Of a stretch of 64,000 nt of DNA, positions 63,390-64,000 are shown one piece after another. Origin of the DNA: Dirinaria sp. TL-2023a. Its lineage: Eukaryota. How positions within the stretch are numbered: position 1 is the stretch's first letter; each line of letters opens with the position of its first letter. Location: assembly GCA_051941275.1 (NCBI GenBank), contig JAVEBF010000004.1, positions 1 through 64,000 of the forward strand. The letters are read 5' to 3'. Below the pieces are notes generated by a model. The model was not told where the DNA came from. It ran no database searches and saw only the letters and a program-made list of their open reading frames with translations. The position numbers were made by a program, and so were the translations under genes.

Positions 63390-64000
63390 ATGACCAATCC
63401 TCCTCCTCAGGGCTCTGTGGGAGCTTCATCTCTCTATGGAGCTTCTAACTCTAGCACAAATCCTCGCAGAACATCATATGCGTCAGTGGCTGCAGGTACA
63501 GCTTCCATTTCTTCCCCCAATCAGAGTAATACTGGCCATCCGGGCGCCTTCTCTCACCTGATGAATCCGAGCCTTTCTTCACCCACGTACCCACATCACG
63601 CCCAATCAGACCAGCCAACCGGCACGTCTCAACAGTTTCCTGATGCGGGTATGGGACTGAGCAGCAATACAGTATTTTCGGAGAGAAGGGGAACAGACGA
63701 ACCTTTGTTGGGCATCTCGGATCAACGTTATTATGGTCACGGCACAATATGGCCTGGTGCAGGTGCTACAGGTTCCGATGGCTTTTTCAAACCGACTTAC
63801 CTGCGAACCTCAAAATACATGGAGAGGCTAGAGGCGGCGCATAAGGCCAAAGTCGCCGCTCAGATTGAAGCTTCCGCGGCACAATCTTCGAACCTGGGCT
63901 CACTCTCTGCGAACTCGAGCAACGTGAGCCTGCATAAGATGAGACCCTCCAACCGTGGCATGACGTATGAGATCATCGAAAGTGCATCACCGCATGAAGA
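63390..64000 (+). CDS. 5' part of a RanBPM/Vid30-like (SPRY-LisH-CTLH) protein; runs off the window
   Basis: Open frame with RRTSYASVAAG, GAFSHLMNP, FFKPTYLRTSKYMERLEAAH, NRGMTYEIIE, as I recall for fungal RanBPM N-termini; the SPRY domain itself is outside the window. Confidence 0.68.
   Translation, partial: MTNPPPQGSVGASSLYGASNSSTNPRRTSYASVAAGTASISSPNQSNTGHPGAFSHLMNPSLSSPTYPHHAQSDQPTGTSQQFPDAGMGLSSNTVFSERRGTDEPLLGISDQRYYGHGTIWPGAGATGSDGFFKPTYLRTSKYMERLEAAHKAKVAAQIEASAAQSSNLGSLSANSSNVSLHKMRPSNRGMTYEIIESASPHE

Overview
Eukaryotic genomic DNA from a filamentous ascomycete (Pezizomycotina; short GT-AG introns with CTAAC/CTGAC branch points). Most of the window is a dense block of conserved genes: TDG/MUG glycosylase, tricalbin, an MFS transporter, NBP2, a UPF0658-type membrane protein, PP4R2, a TM-RING-H2 ligase, NGG1/ADA3, ROK1, ATP20, Rab4-like, VPS28, HET-C, GH128, IES4 and a partial RanBPM. 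Two accessory elements interrupt it. (1) A ~12 kb island (~19.6-31.9 kb) of decayed, co-oriented (minus-strand) genes that I cannot assign to any family. It includes two paralogous zinc-finger genes, a four-copy repeat-domain gene and duplicated upstream modules. Its mutations show an unusual RIP-like bias, CpC->TpC (GG->GA), rather than canonical CpA->TpA. (2) An 880-bp non-autonomous foldback DNA transposon (37888-38767) with 51-bp TIRs, a second internal inverted-repeat pair and a perfect 9-bp TSD. All gene models, alignments and counts were made by eye; gene names rest on recognised motifs, not database searches.
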